DNA of 59,718 bases, filler included. It is 7 parts of 7 records of this genome, joined end to end, with 100 filler letters (N's around TTAATTAATTAA, not from the genome) between each part and the next. Parts side by side here need not be neighbours in the genome. Positions count along the whole stretch, not along the records: positions 53,771 to 59,718 come from SRR20825006_2069; 6 more parts are not named here. One strand, 5' to 3'. The translations under genes were made by a program, and so were the position numbers. This document shows, one piece after another, positions 59,049 to 59,718 of this stretch. Position 1 is the stretch's first letter; each line of letters begins with the position of its first letter. Under the pieces are notes generated by a model. It ran no database searches, was not told where the DNA came from, and saw only the letters and a program-made list of their open reading frames with translations.

Positions 59049-59718
59049 TTATGTCAGGTCGCGAGCGAGTCGTAGGCCCGCGCATTGCCAATATTGGTGT
59101 GGGTAGAAAAAATTGCGGTAGCTGTGGCGAAGATGGTCGTCGGGGCTGAGGCAGGAGCCCCCGCGTAATACGAATTGGCCAGACATGAATTTGCCGTTGT
59201 ATTCCCCCGCGTCGCCAGCAAAGGGCGTGAACCCCGGGTAGGGTAGGTAACTGCTGTTTGTCCATTCCCAGACATCGCCAAACATTTGCGCCAATGGGGT
59301 GTGCTGAGCTGCCTCTGGGTGATAGCGGGCGCGGTTTGCAAAGTGTCCTGCTACTGGAAGGGCGCGACTAGCATGTTCCCATTCCTGCTCGGTAGGCAGG
59401 CGGGCGCCCGCCCAGTGAGCGTAGGCGGTGGCTTCATAAAAATTCAGGTGGCAGGCCGAAGAGGCGGCTTGCAGAGGGTGTAGGCCTGCCAGGCTGAACT
59501 CCCACCACTGGCCATCACGCAGATGCCAGTAGTGCGGTGCACCTCGCCCGGTGTCTTGCAGTTGCGCCCAACCGTCGGATAACCAGTGCTCTGGCCGTTG
59601 GTAGCCCCCATCGGCAATAAACTCGGCGAATTCACCGTTGCTTACCGGCCGGTTGGCAAGCTCGAAGGGGTTAAGCCAAACTCTGTGCTGGGGGCGCTCG
59701 TTGTCGAAGCTGAATTCG
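59049..59718 (-). CDS. egtB: Ergothioneine biosynthesis sulfoxide synthase (C-terminal FGE-like domain; 5' end outside window)
   Basis: FDNERPQH...FIADGGYQRPEHWLSDGW...GDVWEWT...EYNGKFM...YRNFFYP; adjacent to egtD. Confidence 0.93.
   Translation of the reverse strand, partial: EFSFDNERPQHRVWLNPFELANRPVSNGEFAEFIADGGYQRPEHWLSDGWAQLQDTGRGAPHYWHLRDGQWWEFSLAGLHPLQAASSACHLNFYEATAYAHWAGARLPTEQEWEHASRALPVAGHFANRARYHPEAAQHTPLAQMFGDVWEWTNSSYLPYPGFTPFAGDAGEYNGKFMSGQFVLRGGSCLSPDDHLRHSYRNFFYPHQYWQCAGLRLARDLT

Noticed and set aside
1-59718. tRNA, rRNA, CRISPR arrays, transposases or integrases
   Set aside because: None recognised by eye in any fragment

Overview
The window is not one locus. It consists of seven contig fragments joined by six identical 100-nt linkers (44 N + TTAATTAATTAA + 44 N), and the fragments appear to come from several bacteria. 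Taxonomic labels are inferred from gene content and sequence style only. (1) 1-7531, GC-rich alphaproteobacterial housekeeping: dnaE (partial), lolD, lolC/E, proS, MarR regulator, mmsB, HIB-CoA hydrolase. (2) 7632-29041, Alcanivorax-like gammaproteobacterium: alkyl sulfatase/AraC, cobS, small accessory genes, recG-oxyR, purEK, ridA, spoT, with REP doublets and heptamer inverted arrays. (3) 29142-35836, alphaproteobacterium: argG, benE, typA, and a hemerythrin gene divergent from ccoN around an FNR box. (4) 35937-41437, mobile/defence-like fragment: HTH proteins, a small HNH nuclease and an AT-rich OLD-type ABC-ATPase/TOPRIM nuclease. (5) 41538-46953 and (6) 47054-53670, Thalassospira-like: mutM, pyrF, ihfB, YtfQ/R-type sugar ABC genes, galM, ggt. 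(7) 53771-59718, gammaproteobacterium: tadA, cbiZ-like, egtD, egtB. The best candidate for an undescribed system is at 16156-16656 (minus strand). A stringent-type promoter is followed by a 14-codon leader ORF, an intrinsic terminator, and a small basic protein (PLMRKGGVH motif) whose ORF carries a perfect hairpin before its stop codon. This layout resembles a translation-sensing, nonstop-mRNA-regulated ribosome-rescue factor.
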